A stretch of DNA of 64,000 nt from NCBI GenBank assembly GCA_965248445.1, contig CBDFJG010000001.1, positions 256,001 through 320,000 of the forward strand. Direction: 5' to 3'. A program made the translations under genes and the position numbers. This DNA comes from Planctomycetota bacterium (GTDB taxonomy: Bacteria; Planctomycetota; JAJSAM01; JAJVHW01). Within the stretch, counting starts at the first letter, position 1; each line of letters starts with the position of its first letter. The notes beneath the pieces are model-generated. The model was not told the origin of the DNA and searched no databases. It worked only from the letters and a program-made list of their open reading frames with translations. Positions 17,088 to 26,442 of this stretch are shown here, in pieces.

Positions 17088-18389
17088 ATGCGCATCGCCA
17101 TCATCGGAACCGGGTACGTGGGGCTCGTGGCGGGTACCTGCTTCGCCGAGACGGGCAACGACGTGGTGTGCGTGGACAAGGACACGACCAAGATCGACGG
17201 CCTGAAGGATGGCGTGATCCCGATCTACGAACCGGGCCTCGAGGAACTGGTCAAGCGCAACGTCGCCGAGGGACGGCTGACATTCACCACCGACCTCGAC
17301 GAGGCCGTCAAGCAGGCGCTGATCTGCTTCATCGCGGTCGGGACCCCTCCGGGCGATGACGGGAGCTCCGACCTGACCGCCGTCCTCGCCGTCGCGCAGT
17401 CGATCGGCCGCGCGATGAACGGCTTCAAGGTCATCGTCGACAAGAGCACGGTGCCCGTCGGCACAGCCCGCCGGGTCGCGGATGCGCTCCGCCGCGAAAC
17501 CGAACACCCGTTCGACGTCGTCAGCAATCCCGAGTTCCTGAAGGAGGGCGCCGCGATCGACGACTTCCTGAAGCCCGACCGCGTCGTCATCGGCTGCGAC
17601 GACCCGCGCACGGCGGACATCATGCGCGAGCTCTACGCGCCGTTCGTCCGGACCGGCAAGCCGATCCTCGTGATGGACGTCGAGAGTGCGGAGCTGACGA
17701 AGTACGCCGCGAACGCCATGCTCGCAACGCGCATCTCCTTCATGAATGAGATGGCGACGCTCTGCGAGCGTCTGGGTGCCGACGTGAACGCCGTCCGCAA
17801 GGGCATCGGGCTCGACTCGCGCATCGGCATGAGCTTCCTCTTCCCCGGCATCGGGTACGGCGGCTCGTGCTTCCCCAAGGACGTCAAGGCGCTCGTCAAG
17901 ACCGCCGGGGACGGCGGGTATGAACTGCGGATCCTGCAGTCCGTCGAACGCGTCAACGAAGAGCAGAAGAAGTGGCTCCTTCGCAAGGTCGACGGGCACT
18001 TCGGCGACGTCGCGGGCAAGGTGTTCGGGCTGTGGGGTCTGTCTTTCAAGCCGCGTACGGACGACATGCGAGAGGCTCCGGCGATCGTCGTCGTCAACGG
18101 ACTGCTGGAGCGAGGCGCGACGGTGCGGGTGTCCGATCCGGTCGCGATGACCGAGGCGCGTCGTCACTTCGAGGACCGCGTCACGTACTGCGAGAACCAC
18201 TACGACGCGCTCGACGGCGCCGATGCGCTGATCGTCTGCACGGAGTGGAACCAGTTCCGCAACCCCGACTTCGACCGCATCCGCTCGCTGTTGCGTGCGC
18301 CGAATGTGTTCGACGGCCGCAACATCTACTCGAGCGCCCACCTGGCGGATCGCGGCTTCACGTACTTCGGCGTCGGCCTCGGCCGCTGA
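17088..18389 (+). CDS. ugd: UDP-glucose 6-dehydrogenase
   Basis: MRIAIIGTGYVG, FIAVGTP, KSTVPVG, SNPEFLKEG, GYGGSCFPKD, GLSFKP.TDDMRE, DGRN. Confidence 0.96.
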   Translation: MRIAIIGTGYVGLVAGTCFAETGNDVVCVDKDTTKIDGLKDGVIPIYEPGLEELVKRNVAEGRLTFTTDLDEAVKQALICFIAVGTPPGDDGSSDLTAVLAVAQSIGRAMNGFKVIVDKSTVPVGTARRVADALRRETEHPFDVVSNPEFLKEGAAIDDFLKPDRVVIGCDDPRTADIMRELYAPFVRTGKPILVMDVESAELTKYAANAMLATRISFMNEMATLCERLGADVNAVRKGIGLDSRIGMSFLFPGIGYGGSCFPKDVKALVKTAGDGGYELRILQSVERVNEEQKKWLLRKVDGHFGDVAGKVFGLWGLSFKPRTDDMREAPAIVVVNGLLERGATVRVSDPVAMTEARRHFEDRVTYCENHYDALDGADALIVCTEWNQFRNPDFDRIRSLLRAPNVFDGRNIYSSAHLADRGFTYFGVGLGR

Positions 18390-18420
18390 GCCCGGCCCCG
18401 GACGTGAGCGGCCCCTGCCG

Positions 18421-18448
18421 TTGACGCAGCCGCCTTCGCCGCTAGGGT
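18421..18448 (+). promoter_or_regulatory. Candidate sigma70 promoter
   Basis: TTGACG-16 nt-TAGGGT upstream of the HEAT gene. Confidence 0.4.
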
Positions 18449-18494
18449 CAACTACTGTCCCGGAGGGGGGGCAGGGCTAGTCAGGGGGCTCTCC

Positions 18495-20354
18495 ATGCGA
18501 GCGACGGTCGTGCTGGTGCGGGCTGCGGGAGTGTTCCTCCTGTGCTTCGCGCTGACCGGCCAGGCCCACGCGCACGGCGGCGCGTACCAGCCGCCTCCCA
18601 AGCCCGTGCCCGGACGTCCCGATCCCGGTCCCGGAACTGGCGGCGGGGGCGGCCTGCCGCACGGCGGCGGATCCGACGACCGCGGTCCGATCACCGGCCG
18701 GCCGGGCGGCAGCGTCGGAGCGCCGTCGACGCCGCCGGGTACGACAGGCGGACCGGCACCGCCGACGAGTCTCCCCGGCAGCGCCCGCCGCAACGGCGTC
18801 GGACTCTCCGTTGTGGACTTCAACTCCGTCGAGTGGGCGCGTTGGTGGTTCGCGAACCGCATGCGACTGATCGGTCAGCCGTTGCGCGCCGGCCCGGACA
18901 TGCGGGACGTGACGCCGTCGGCCCGCGACCTTCGAGCCGATCGCATGTGGCGGGCGGAGGCGCAGTCCGTTCTGCACGAGGCGCTCGCCGACGAGCATCG
19001 CTCGATCGCGTCCGCGGCCGCTATCGCACTCGGCAAGTCGGGGGACGCGACCGAGTCGGAGTCGCTCCTTCCGGTGCTGAAGGACCAAGACCGACACATC
19101 ACGGTGCGCGAGGCGGCTGCCCTCGGCTTGGGCCTGCTACCGGTCGAAGACGGCGCGGCGCGCAGCCGCGTCCGCGTGGCGCTCGAGGTCGTCGCGCAGG
19201 ACAACCGCGAGTCCGACCGTCTGCGCTCCATGGCGCTCTACGCACTCGGGATGCGCGGCGATCTGGCCGCGGTGCCCGTGATCCTGACGGCTGCGACCGG
19301 CGGCGGACGCACGTGGGACGTACCGGCGGCGGGTGTCGCCGCCCTCGGCCTGACCCGCTGCGACCTGACGATCCCGGATCTCGTCGAGTTGCTCGAGGGA
19401 CCGCGCCGGCGCAAGTCTCGCGAAGCGGTGCGGCGCGCGTACGCCGCGCACGCCCTCGCACTCATCGGAGACCCCGCGGTGGCGCCGGCGCTGCGGCGCG
19501 CCGCGCTCGGCAAGGAGGAGCACGCCAAGCGCGCGGCCACCCTGGCCCTGGGCGCGGTGGCGACCCCGGAGGACTCGAAGTCGATCGACGTCCTCGTCCA
19601 CAACGTGCACAGGAGCCGCGACGACGCAACCCGCGGCATGGCGCTGCTCTCGCTGGGGCGGGTCGGGGGGAAGCGCGCGCGCGACGCGCTTCGCTGGGCG
19701 TATCTCAAGGGCGGCAAGTCGCTGCGACCGTTCGGTGCGATCGGACTCGGCCTCCTGGCACGGCATCCTGGCTTTGAGAGCGTGACCGGCCTGCTCTTGC
19801 ACGACCTCGAACACCGCAAGGACCCCGAGCGGCTGGCCGCGATTTGCGTCGCCATCGGACTCGCGGGCGAGGGGCGGGCCGCCGAAGACCTGCGGCGGTT
19901 GGTCGGCGAGCAGCGTCACACGGCACTGCAGGCACATGCGGCATTCGCACTCGGACTTGTGGGCGACCGCAAGAAGGGCGCACCGCTGCTGCGACAGGTC
20001 CTTCGGGACACGCACGACGAGCACCTGCGTCGCGAGGCCGCCATGGCGCTCGGGCTGATGCGCGACCGCGAGGCGGTCGGCATCCTGGCCGAGATGGTCC
20101 GGACTGAGGACGTCGCGTACGTGCAGGGCTCCGCAGCCCTGGCGCTCGGGCGTATCGGCGGACCGGAGGCGGCGGACGAACTGATGGAACTCGCCCGCGA
20201 GAAGGACGGGCCCCGCATGGCGCGCGCGATGGGCGTCGTCGGGCTCGGTCTGCTGCTCGACCGTCAGGAGGGAGCGCAACTGGCAGCGATCGGCGCCGAC
20301 CTCTCCTGGTACCTGTTCACGCCGACCGTGCTTGAGATCCTCACGATCCACTAG
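18495..20354 (+). CDS. Secreted HEAT-repeat protein (HGGxY N-terminus, Pro/Gly linker, WxxWW motif)
   Basis: Signal peptide AHA|HGGAY, repeated AAxALG units; stop TAG lies in the CTAG abutting IS1380 copy 2. Confidence 0.85.
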   Translation: MRATVVLVRAAGVFLLCFALTGQAHAHGGAYQPPPKPVPGRPDPGPGTGGGGGLPHGGGSDDRGPITGRPGGSVGAPSTPPGTTGGPAPPTSLPGSARRNGVGLSVVDFNSVEWARWWFANRMRLIGQPLRAGPDMRDVTPSARDLRADRMWRAEAQSVLHEALADEHRSIASAAAIALGKSGDATESESLLPVLKDQDRHITVREAAALGLGLLPVEDGAARSRVRVALEVVAQDNRESDRLRSMALYALGMRGDLAAVPVILTAATGGGRTWDVPAAGVAALGLTRCDLTIPDLVELLEGPRRRKSREAVRRAYAAHALALIGDPAVAPALRRAALGKEEHAKRAATLALGAVATPEDSKSIDVLVHNVHRSRDDATRGMALLSLGRVGGKRARDALRWAYLKGGKSLRPFGAIGLGLLARHPGFESVTGLLLHDLEHRKDPERLAAICVAIGLAGEGRAAEDLRRLVGEQRHTALQAHAAFALGLVGDRKKGAPLLRQVLRDTHDEHLRREAAMALGLMRDREAVGILAEMVRTEDVAYVQGSAALALGRIGGPEAADELMELAREKDGPRMARAMGVVGLGLLLDRQEGAQLAAIGADLSWYLFTPTVLEILTIH

Positions 20355-22023
20355 CCGCATCTGTTCACGAGACGTCGCGATGACGGTGCTTTCGGAGTCC
20401 ACAGGGTCAGATCTTGGCCAGGCGAGGGCGGATGCTGTCGTCGTTGCCACAAGGGCAACGCGAGTGAGCGGCCGAAACGGCGCGGATTCTGCGGTGTGGG
20501 CAGACCGTAGGCCGGGCGGTGGTGTGGCGGACGGCGCGGCGGGACGTCAGGTCGGCTTCGGGGATGCCAGCAGTCGTTGCGCGCAGCGCTCGAAGACGTG
20601 CTGCCAGGGCCACGACGAGGACATCGAGACCCAGATCCGGCGCGTCGTGATCCGCACGAGCGCGCCGATCTTGAGCAGCCGCAGGCGGATCGTGCCGGCT
20701 TGCGCACGCGCCATCTCGGTGCCGGCGAGACCGATGCGTCGCAGCGCACAGGTCAGGACGTAGGCCATGGCCGACATGGCCATCCGCACGGCGTTGCCCT
20801 GCATCGTGTGCACCGACAGACGGGTGCCGAAGAGCTCGAGCTGCTGCTCCTTGATGCGATTCTCCGCCTCGCCCCGGGCGCAGTAGAGCTGCTCGTAGAG
20901 ACGCTTGCTGCTCCAGCTACGAGGCGGCAGATTGGTCACCACGAAGCGGGGATTGCGCTTGCCGCCCGGCAGGTGCTCGGCCTTGGCGACCACGCGACGC
21001 CTCTGGCTCCAGCTCCCCAGCGTGGTCCAGGCAAAGTCGCGAAAGACCCGGGCTGCTCGGCCGGTCTGCACGGCACGGGCTGCGGCCTCATCGAGCGCGT
21101 CTTCGACGTGTCGCTCAAGGCGCTCATTGCGCGCCATGCCCAGCAGGTAGAAGTGGCCGGCGGCCTCGCACCAGGCCATCAGCTCCTCGCGGCAAAAGCC
21201 CGAGTCTGCGCGCACGAGCACCTTGGCCCGGGGCCAGCGGCGCCGCAGACGTAAGACCAGCGCACGGAGCTCGTCCACGACTCCGCGCGCGGGATCTCTG
21301 TCAGCGGTCTGGAGCCGAGCGAGCAAGAGGTGCTCGCCGCAGAAGACGTACAGCGGCAGGTAGCAGTAGTGCCCGTAGTAGCCGTGGAAGAAGCGGCCCT
21401 CCTGCCGGCCGTGCAGCCGCACGTCGGAGTGGTCCAGGTCCAGCACGAGCAGGCCCGGATCCTCCGGCCCCATGGCCTCGCAGAAGACGTCGCTGAGCAC
21501 GCTGTCCACGCGCTCCTGGTCCATCTCGATCTTGGCGTAGCGCGTCTGTGCCGTGGCGCCGAGCTGCGTGGTCTCGAGCCGCGAGAGCGTCGGGTGCGTG
21601 GCCAGAGCACCCTCGCGCTTGCCGCACGCCGCGGCAAACAGCGGGTCCTTGCCGACATGGTCGTGGTCCACCAGATCCTCGTAGCCCGCGCACAGCCCGA
21701 AGACCCGCTGACGCAGCATCTGGCCGACCGTGTGCTCGACCCGACGCGGGTCCCGGTGGTCCCCGAAGCAGCGCGCAAACCGCGAGAGCAGATCGATGCG
21801 ACGATCGGTCCGCTCGAGCAGCAGCACGCCCCCGTCGCTCGTCACGGTACCGGCGTCGAAGCGCGTCACCGCGGTGCGTCCACAGATGCCCGCGAAGAGG
21901 GTCCCCTGCGGGCTACAGTCTGTCGTCATCGGGCCGGCGCTCCTGTCGGTGCAAGTACTGGCGCGTACGAGCACTTAGACAGACGACGGCCCGCTCAGAT
22001 TCCCGGCTGGTGAACGATTCGGG
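20355..22023 (-). mobile_element. IS1380-family insertion sequence, copy 2 (inverted), 1669 bp
   Basis: Reverse complement of 14531-16199 with a few substitutions; flanked by CTAG on both sides. Confidence 0.92.
20547..21974 (-). CDS. IS1380 transposase
   Basis: Differs from copy 1 at two visible residues (GTL/GTV, ERV/ERT). Confidence 0.92.
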   Translation of the reverse strand: MLVRASTCTDRSAGPMTTDCSPQGTLFAGICGRTAVTRFDAGTVTSDGGVLLLERTDRRIDLLSRFARCFGDHRDPRRVEHTVGQMLRQRVFGLCAGYEDLVDHDHVGKDPLFAAACGKREGALATHPTLSRLETTQLGATAQTRYAKIEMDQERVDSVLSDVFCEAMGPEDPGLLVLDLDHSDVRLHGRQEGRFFHGYYGHYCYLPLYVFCGEHLLLARLQTADRDPARGVVDELRALVLRLRRRWPRAKVLVRADSGFCREELMAWCEAAGHFYLLGMARNERLERHVEDALDEAAARAVQTGRAARVFRDFAWTTLGSWSQRRRVVAKAEHLPGGKRNPRFVVTNLPPRSWSSKRLYEQLYCARGEAENRIKEQQLELFGTRLSVHTMQGNAVRMAMSAMAYVLTCALRRIGLAGTEMARAQAGTIRLRLLKIGALVRITTRRIWVSMSSSWPWQHVFERCAQRLLASPKPT

Positions 22024-23338
22024 CTAGGGTGGAAAGGGCCGAGCTATGATGGCTAAATTGCTGCCACTCCTGGTGATTGCGAGGGTGACATGACACACAA
22101 GTCTGCGATCCCGCATATCCGGCAGGGCGCTCCACCGCACGAGAACCAGCAAACTGCGTACCCAACCACGAGAAGTACTCTTCCAACAACGCGCTTGCGA
22201 TTGGATCGCGTGGCACGTCGGGGGTTACTTGGTGACGGGTGGCGAAGAAAAAAGACCGACTGCGCGTCAACCGCGCAGTCTCTGCGGCCAACAGAGTCGA
22301 GGCCGCCTCGGCTGGTCGCTCGCGTTCGGCGACCTCGCGACCCGTCCCGAGGTCTTCGAGCGCGACTGCGCCCGCCGCTAGCGTGAGCAGTTCACCAACA
22401 TCTGCGTAGGTGTGTCCGCCATTTCGAGCCCCAATCGTAACGGTGTCCAACCATCGACCGCGATCCCCTTGCGTGTAGACCAGCCCGTCCGCCGTTGCAA
22501 CCATGCGCCACGGAGGTCGCGAGACCACCGTAATCCACGGCCCTTCAAGTTCCTTCAGCGTCTTCTCTACGACGCGACGACTCGCTCCCAGTGTTTCGAC
22601 AATCAAGACACGTACACCGCTTGCCTCGGCATCCGTGCCGCGCAACCAAGATGGTGGTAGGCCCTCGCGGACCTTGACGTTGCCCAGGGGCAGGGCCGCG
22701 AACTCCATCTGCATGGCGCCGGATCGAACGAGAAGACCCTGGTCGCGCGCTTCTGCAGGCGCGCTCCGTAGTCGGGGGAGCACCTGTATTGGCAGCGTTC
22801 CGAGCAACTTAATCAGCTCTGTGTCGCGGCGCTCACTCGCGTTGGGGAGATACACCACCGCACGCTCACCATTGGCAGAGAGCGCCCGCACAGTGAGCGC
22901 AACACGCTTCATCCACTGGTCACGTTCAGACCCCGGTGCCGTCGGGCCGATGCCGAACGTCCCTGCGAACAAGACGACGCACCGAAGTTCGCGAGGTTCG
23001 GGCCGCGATTGACGCGCGAGTACCGTGGCGAGTCGGTCAAGCCCCCCGAACTTCGAGGACGATGAGCAACCGCAAGGGAGAATCTGACCGCCCAGACCTC
23101 CGATGATGTGCAGGGTATAGAAGGGCGTCGGCTCAACCGCTATGACGGCTTCGCGGACACGATCCACGGCCCGCACGATCCGGGACGCCGCCGGAGAGAT
23201 ACGCGGTCCGGCGTGCACAGCGACCGAGTCCCGCTCCTCAGCTGTGGTGTTCCCTGTGTTGGGAGCGTCGCATGAGGCTAGTGCACTGCAGCCTCCAATG
23301 AGGAGCCCAAGCAAGATGAGAACTCCGGCCGAGCGCAT
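22024..23338 (-). pseudogene. UshA/5'-nucleotidase-like domain plus c554-type cytochrome c, truncated by IS1380 after the first heme motif
   Basis: Signal/lipoprotein N-terminus, GQILPCGC..FGGLDR, YAGSQTCVSCH..EW..HSSALSTL, then IS sequence. Confidence 0.7.
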
Positions 23339-23345
23339 TCAATAG

Positions 23346-23374
23346 ACTCTAGGCGTACACTTCTGGAGTGTCAA
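23346..23374 (-). promoter_or_regulatory. Near-consensus sigma70 promoter; probably a leaderless mRNA
   Basis: TTGACA (23374-23369)-17 nt-TAGAGT (23351-23346), 7 nt before ATG 23338. Confidence 0.7.
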
Positions 23375-23435
23375 CCCGAGGTCTCCGCATCGAGACGAGT
23401 TTGTTCGCCGCGGACACCTCCCGCTCACTTGGAGC

Positions 23436-23612
23436 CTACAGCGACCGCTTCAGCGGCAGTCCTCTTCCCTTTCGCATTGCGTTGATCCGCTTCAGGCGCT
23501 GCGCGGGCGTCAGTCCTACCCAGGAATTCTTGCGCTTCTTCTTCGATCTACGCTTCGCTGGCTTCTTCCTGCCGCGCGTTTCCGCTTCCGCCTTGCCATC
23601 TCTCTCCTCCAT
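23436..23612 (-). CDS. Small highly basic protein or fragment (58 aa)
   Basis: MEERDGKAEAETRGRKKPAKRRSKKKRKNSWVGLTPAQRLKRINAMRKGRGLPLKRSL; below the ORF-track cutoff. Confidence 0.4.
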   Translation of the reverse strand: MEERDGKAEAETRGRKKPAKRRSKKKRKNSWVGLTPAQRLKRINAMRKGRGLPLKRSL

Positions 23613-24149
23613 TCGCGCGCCGACCGTCGTTCTTCACGTTCGCCGCAAGCGCCTGAGTGCGTTTGCGATGGTCTTTGCCACCACCTCTCGCGCTGAACCC
23701 GGCGCGCCCCCGCCGAGGAACGGCAGACAGGTACCCTTGCGAATCCTGTCGATGATCAGTTGGATGCTCACGCCCTGTGCACCGCCCAGCTCGCCTTGGC
23801 CGTTGGCCGTTCTCGGCGCGCCGGAGGCGGCGGTGTTTCAGCGCCGCCGCCGCTGCACCCTGGATGCGCCAGTCGTCGCCTCGGCACGTGCGCTCCCTCT
23901 CGAGAGTGGCCTTCCCTCACTCGTCGTGGTCGCGACGCGGAATCGCGGTCTCGCGGCACGTCCGACACGCGTGCCCCCCTTCGGGCACGCGCGCTGGTCC
24001 GCCAACGGGCCCGACGAGTCGACTCAGCGTATCGCGATCGACGGTCCTTTGCGACACCTGTGCTGCGTCCGTGGCGCGCCTACAGGGTCGGATCCCGGAG
24101 GATTCGCCGATCGCTCGTGTTTCTCGCGGTCCGGGACGAGACCCGAACG

Positions 24150-24290
24150 CCCGTGACGCCCCGCCCGCGGTGCGCGTCCCCGCCATCGAAGAGCCGCGCG
24201 AACTGGGCGCGCCTGATCCGTCGCCTCTACGAGGTCGATCCGCTGCTCTCTTCACGGACTGGCTCACCGGTTATACTCGGCCTGGAGGCT
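24150..24290 (+). pseudogene. IS91-like (Y2) transposase C-terminal remnant
   Basis: SRANWARLIRRLYEVDPLL resembles the WAxLxxRxYEVDPLxCxxC tail; the Cys residues are lost. Confidence 0.5.
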
Positions 24291-24528
24291 CGGCGTCTCT
24301 CCGAGCCCTGTTCGCCTCGTTCAAGCCGAGACGGGGACGAGAGCACCCTCGGCCTCGCCGAACCCCCAACCGGCCAGTCCCGGGGGAGTGACACCGATCG
24401 CCCTCATCATCCCGGAGATCTGCCGGCGGTGGTCAGCCGCGTGGCGGCTTCGGCAGGATCCCTCTCGATCACTCCTCGGTCAACTCCTACTCTAGGAATC
24501 GACCGAGACGGGGTTGTTCAACACGCTG

Positions 24529-25424
24529 CTAGCGCATGTCGCGCGCCAACAAGGCCTCGATCTCCTGTACGCCGTCAGCCGAAGCGACCGTACGACCGGA
24601 TGACGAAAGCACGAGCACTGCGGGTACCACGTCGAAGCGCTTCTCCACGGCCGAAAGGTCGTCGTCCGCTCGCAGCCTCGCAAGCTGCCAGCGTTGAGTC
24701 ACGAGCGGCTCTGACAGGGCATGTGCAACATCGGAGCACCGTCCGCACGATCGCCGAAACACGAAGAGAACCGTTGGTCGATCATGCGTTCGGGCCAGTT
24801 GCCTCGCACCTTCGATCGAATCGACAACTATCGATCTGGCCTGATAGCGCAGCATCCCACCGGCCGTTGCGCCGCCTGCCAGGCGTCGATCCCCCAGGCC
24901 GCCACCAAGAACTGCAACCGCAATCCCAAGACAGGCGGCAATGAGCGCCGACACAAGAACTCTCTCAGCTGCACGCTTCCCGAGGGCAGCGCTCGCCACA
25001 AGAAGGCCGGTAGTCAGCCCGGCGACGAGCAGGCACCACGGACACCATGCTCGAAGATGAACCACCGCCCGGACCTGGAGCGCCACCGCGGCGAAGAAGG
25101 CAAGCTGTGACAAGCGGTACTGGCGATCCACACCTCGCTTCGAACGCGCTGCTATGAACGCAGACACGCCAAGTCCGCCGAAGCCCACCACCCCGAAGAG
25201 CGCGACCGGAAGTCCCAGGAGCTCCGCGCTGTCCCCGTACAGGAGAGATTCGCGCACCCGTCCACGCCCCGAACCCTGCAACCCGGCACACCGACGCTCA
25301 TCGACTTCGCGGCAAGAAGCCAAGTCGACACAGCCGCGGCGCTCAACGCGATCAGAAACGGCGCCCACCGCCGCAACTGGCGCGACCGTGCGCCGCCGCC
25401 AGTCTCCTCCGCAATCGTCACCAC
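24529..25424 (-). pseudogene. VKOR-family membrane protein fused to a thioredoxin-like domain; frameshifted near 25245
   Basis: Frame A: TM then PGC..DGCANL; frame B: LLYGDSAELLGLPVALFG..WCPWC.. then C-terminal CGRC and FDVVP. Confidence 0.75.
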
Positions 25425-26425
25425 CCTCGTAACCAGGGCTCCATGAAGTCCCAGTTTCGCGGGACCTGTGGGGCCGGGTGTACGGTTCGCCGCCCCTCTC
25501 CCGCCTCCTTCGACACCGGCAATCGAACCTCTACGGCGGCTACGTGGTGCGGATCACCCAACCGAAGCTGCTTGTGCGAGAGAAGCACTCGGATCGTATC
25601 GAAGCTCCGCGATGCGGAGTCCAAGAAGATCGTCTCCGCCGGATGGGTCCGCAACAAACGGGCGCCGGCTCGACTCAACAACACACGGACACGATCCCCC
25701 CGCTGACTGAGAGCCATGTGCGGGTAAACGGGATTGCCGCCAAGTCGCATCGGGTCTCCAACCCAACCACCGAGATAGACTTCTTGCCTGCTCGGCGAGT
25801 CATCGGCGTCGCGCAGGCGAAGCTCTACCTCCGCCGCTGGTGCCACTGTTGGAAATCGCACCACGCCAAAATCCACCGTTCGGTCCTCAGCACGGCGCAC
25901 TCGGGCGACGCTATCCAGTATCTGACCCACCGGATCTTGCCACGGCCCGATCGTCTTTGTGTGATCTTCACCCCACTCGAGCAACTCCTCACGAAGAGAC
26001 TCGATCGCGGCCGCAGTCATGTGCATCCGCATATCCCGCGGATCCGCAACGGCTTGAGACCAACCAGCAATCGGACCGTCCCTCTGTGCAGATCTGATTT
26101 CATCTGCGGTGTTTCCAACGAGACCGCGCGACCGAACCACGATCACAATCTCGCCAATATCCGCGGGGCAAGGCACCTCAACATCGACCTCTCCATCCGC
26201 GTCCGTTGCCCCAACGGCGTAAACCTGCCTCGGCTCGCCGTATAGTACAAAGAATTGTCCCCCGAAACGCCGCCCGATGGCAGACTCGATGCGAGCACGC
26301 ACTCTCACAGCCCCTGACTCTGCTGCCGACGAGTTTACACAGATCAACGCACTCACACATGCCAACAGTCCAATCAGGACGCCGACACTTGCTACCGTCC
26401 GCGCTCTCTTAACCGTGGCCTCCAT
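25418..26425 (-). CDS. Exported hypothetical protein; candidate Rhs immunity/partner protein
   Basis: Signal peptide; starts 17 bp after the Rhs stop and overlaps the VKOR start. Confidence 0.6.
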   Translation of the reverse strand: MEATVKRARTVASVGVLIGLLACVSALICVNSSAAESGAVRVRARIESAIGRRFGGQFFVLYGEPRQVYAVGATDADGEVDVEVPCPADIGEIVIVVRSRGLVGNTADEIRSAQRDGPIAGWSQAVADPRDMRMHMTAAAIESLREELLEWGEDHTKTIGPWQDPVGQILDSVARVRRAEDRTVDFGVVRFPTVAPAAEVELRLRDADDSPSRQEVYLGGWVGDPMRLGGNPVYPHMALSQRGDRVRVLLSRAGARLLRTHPAETIFLDSASRSFDTIRVLLSHKQLRLGDPHHVAAVEVRLPVSKEAGEGRRTVHPAPQVPRNWDFMEPWLRGW

Positions 26426-26442
26426 CCGCTGCCAGGCTCCGG

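Noticed and set aside
14531..22023. Composite transposon carrying tRNAs, ugd and the HEAT gene
   Set aside because: Outer flanks CTAA and CTAG are not a duplication, and the cargo looks chromosomal
23634..23636. Second selenocysteine TGA
   Set aside because: Not in a redox motif, no evident hairpin, and the region is degraded
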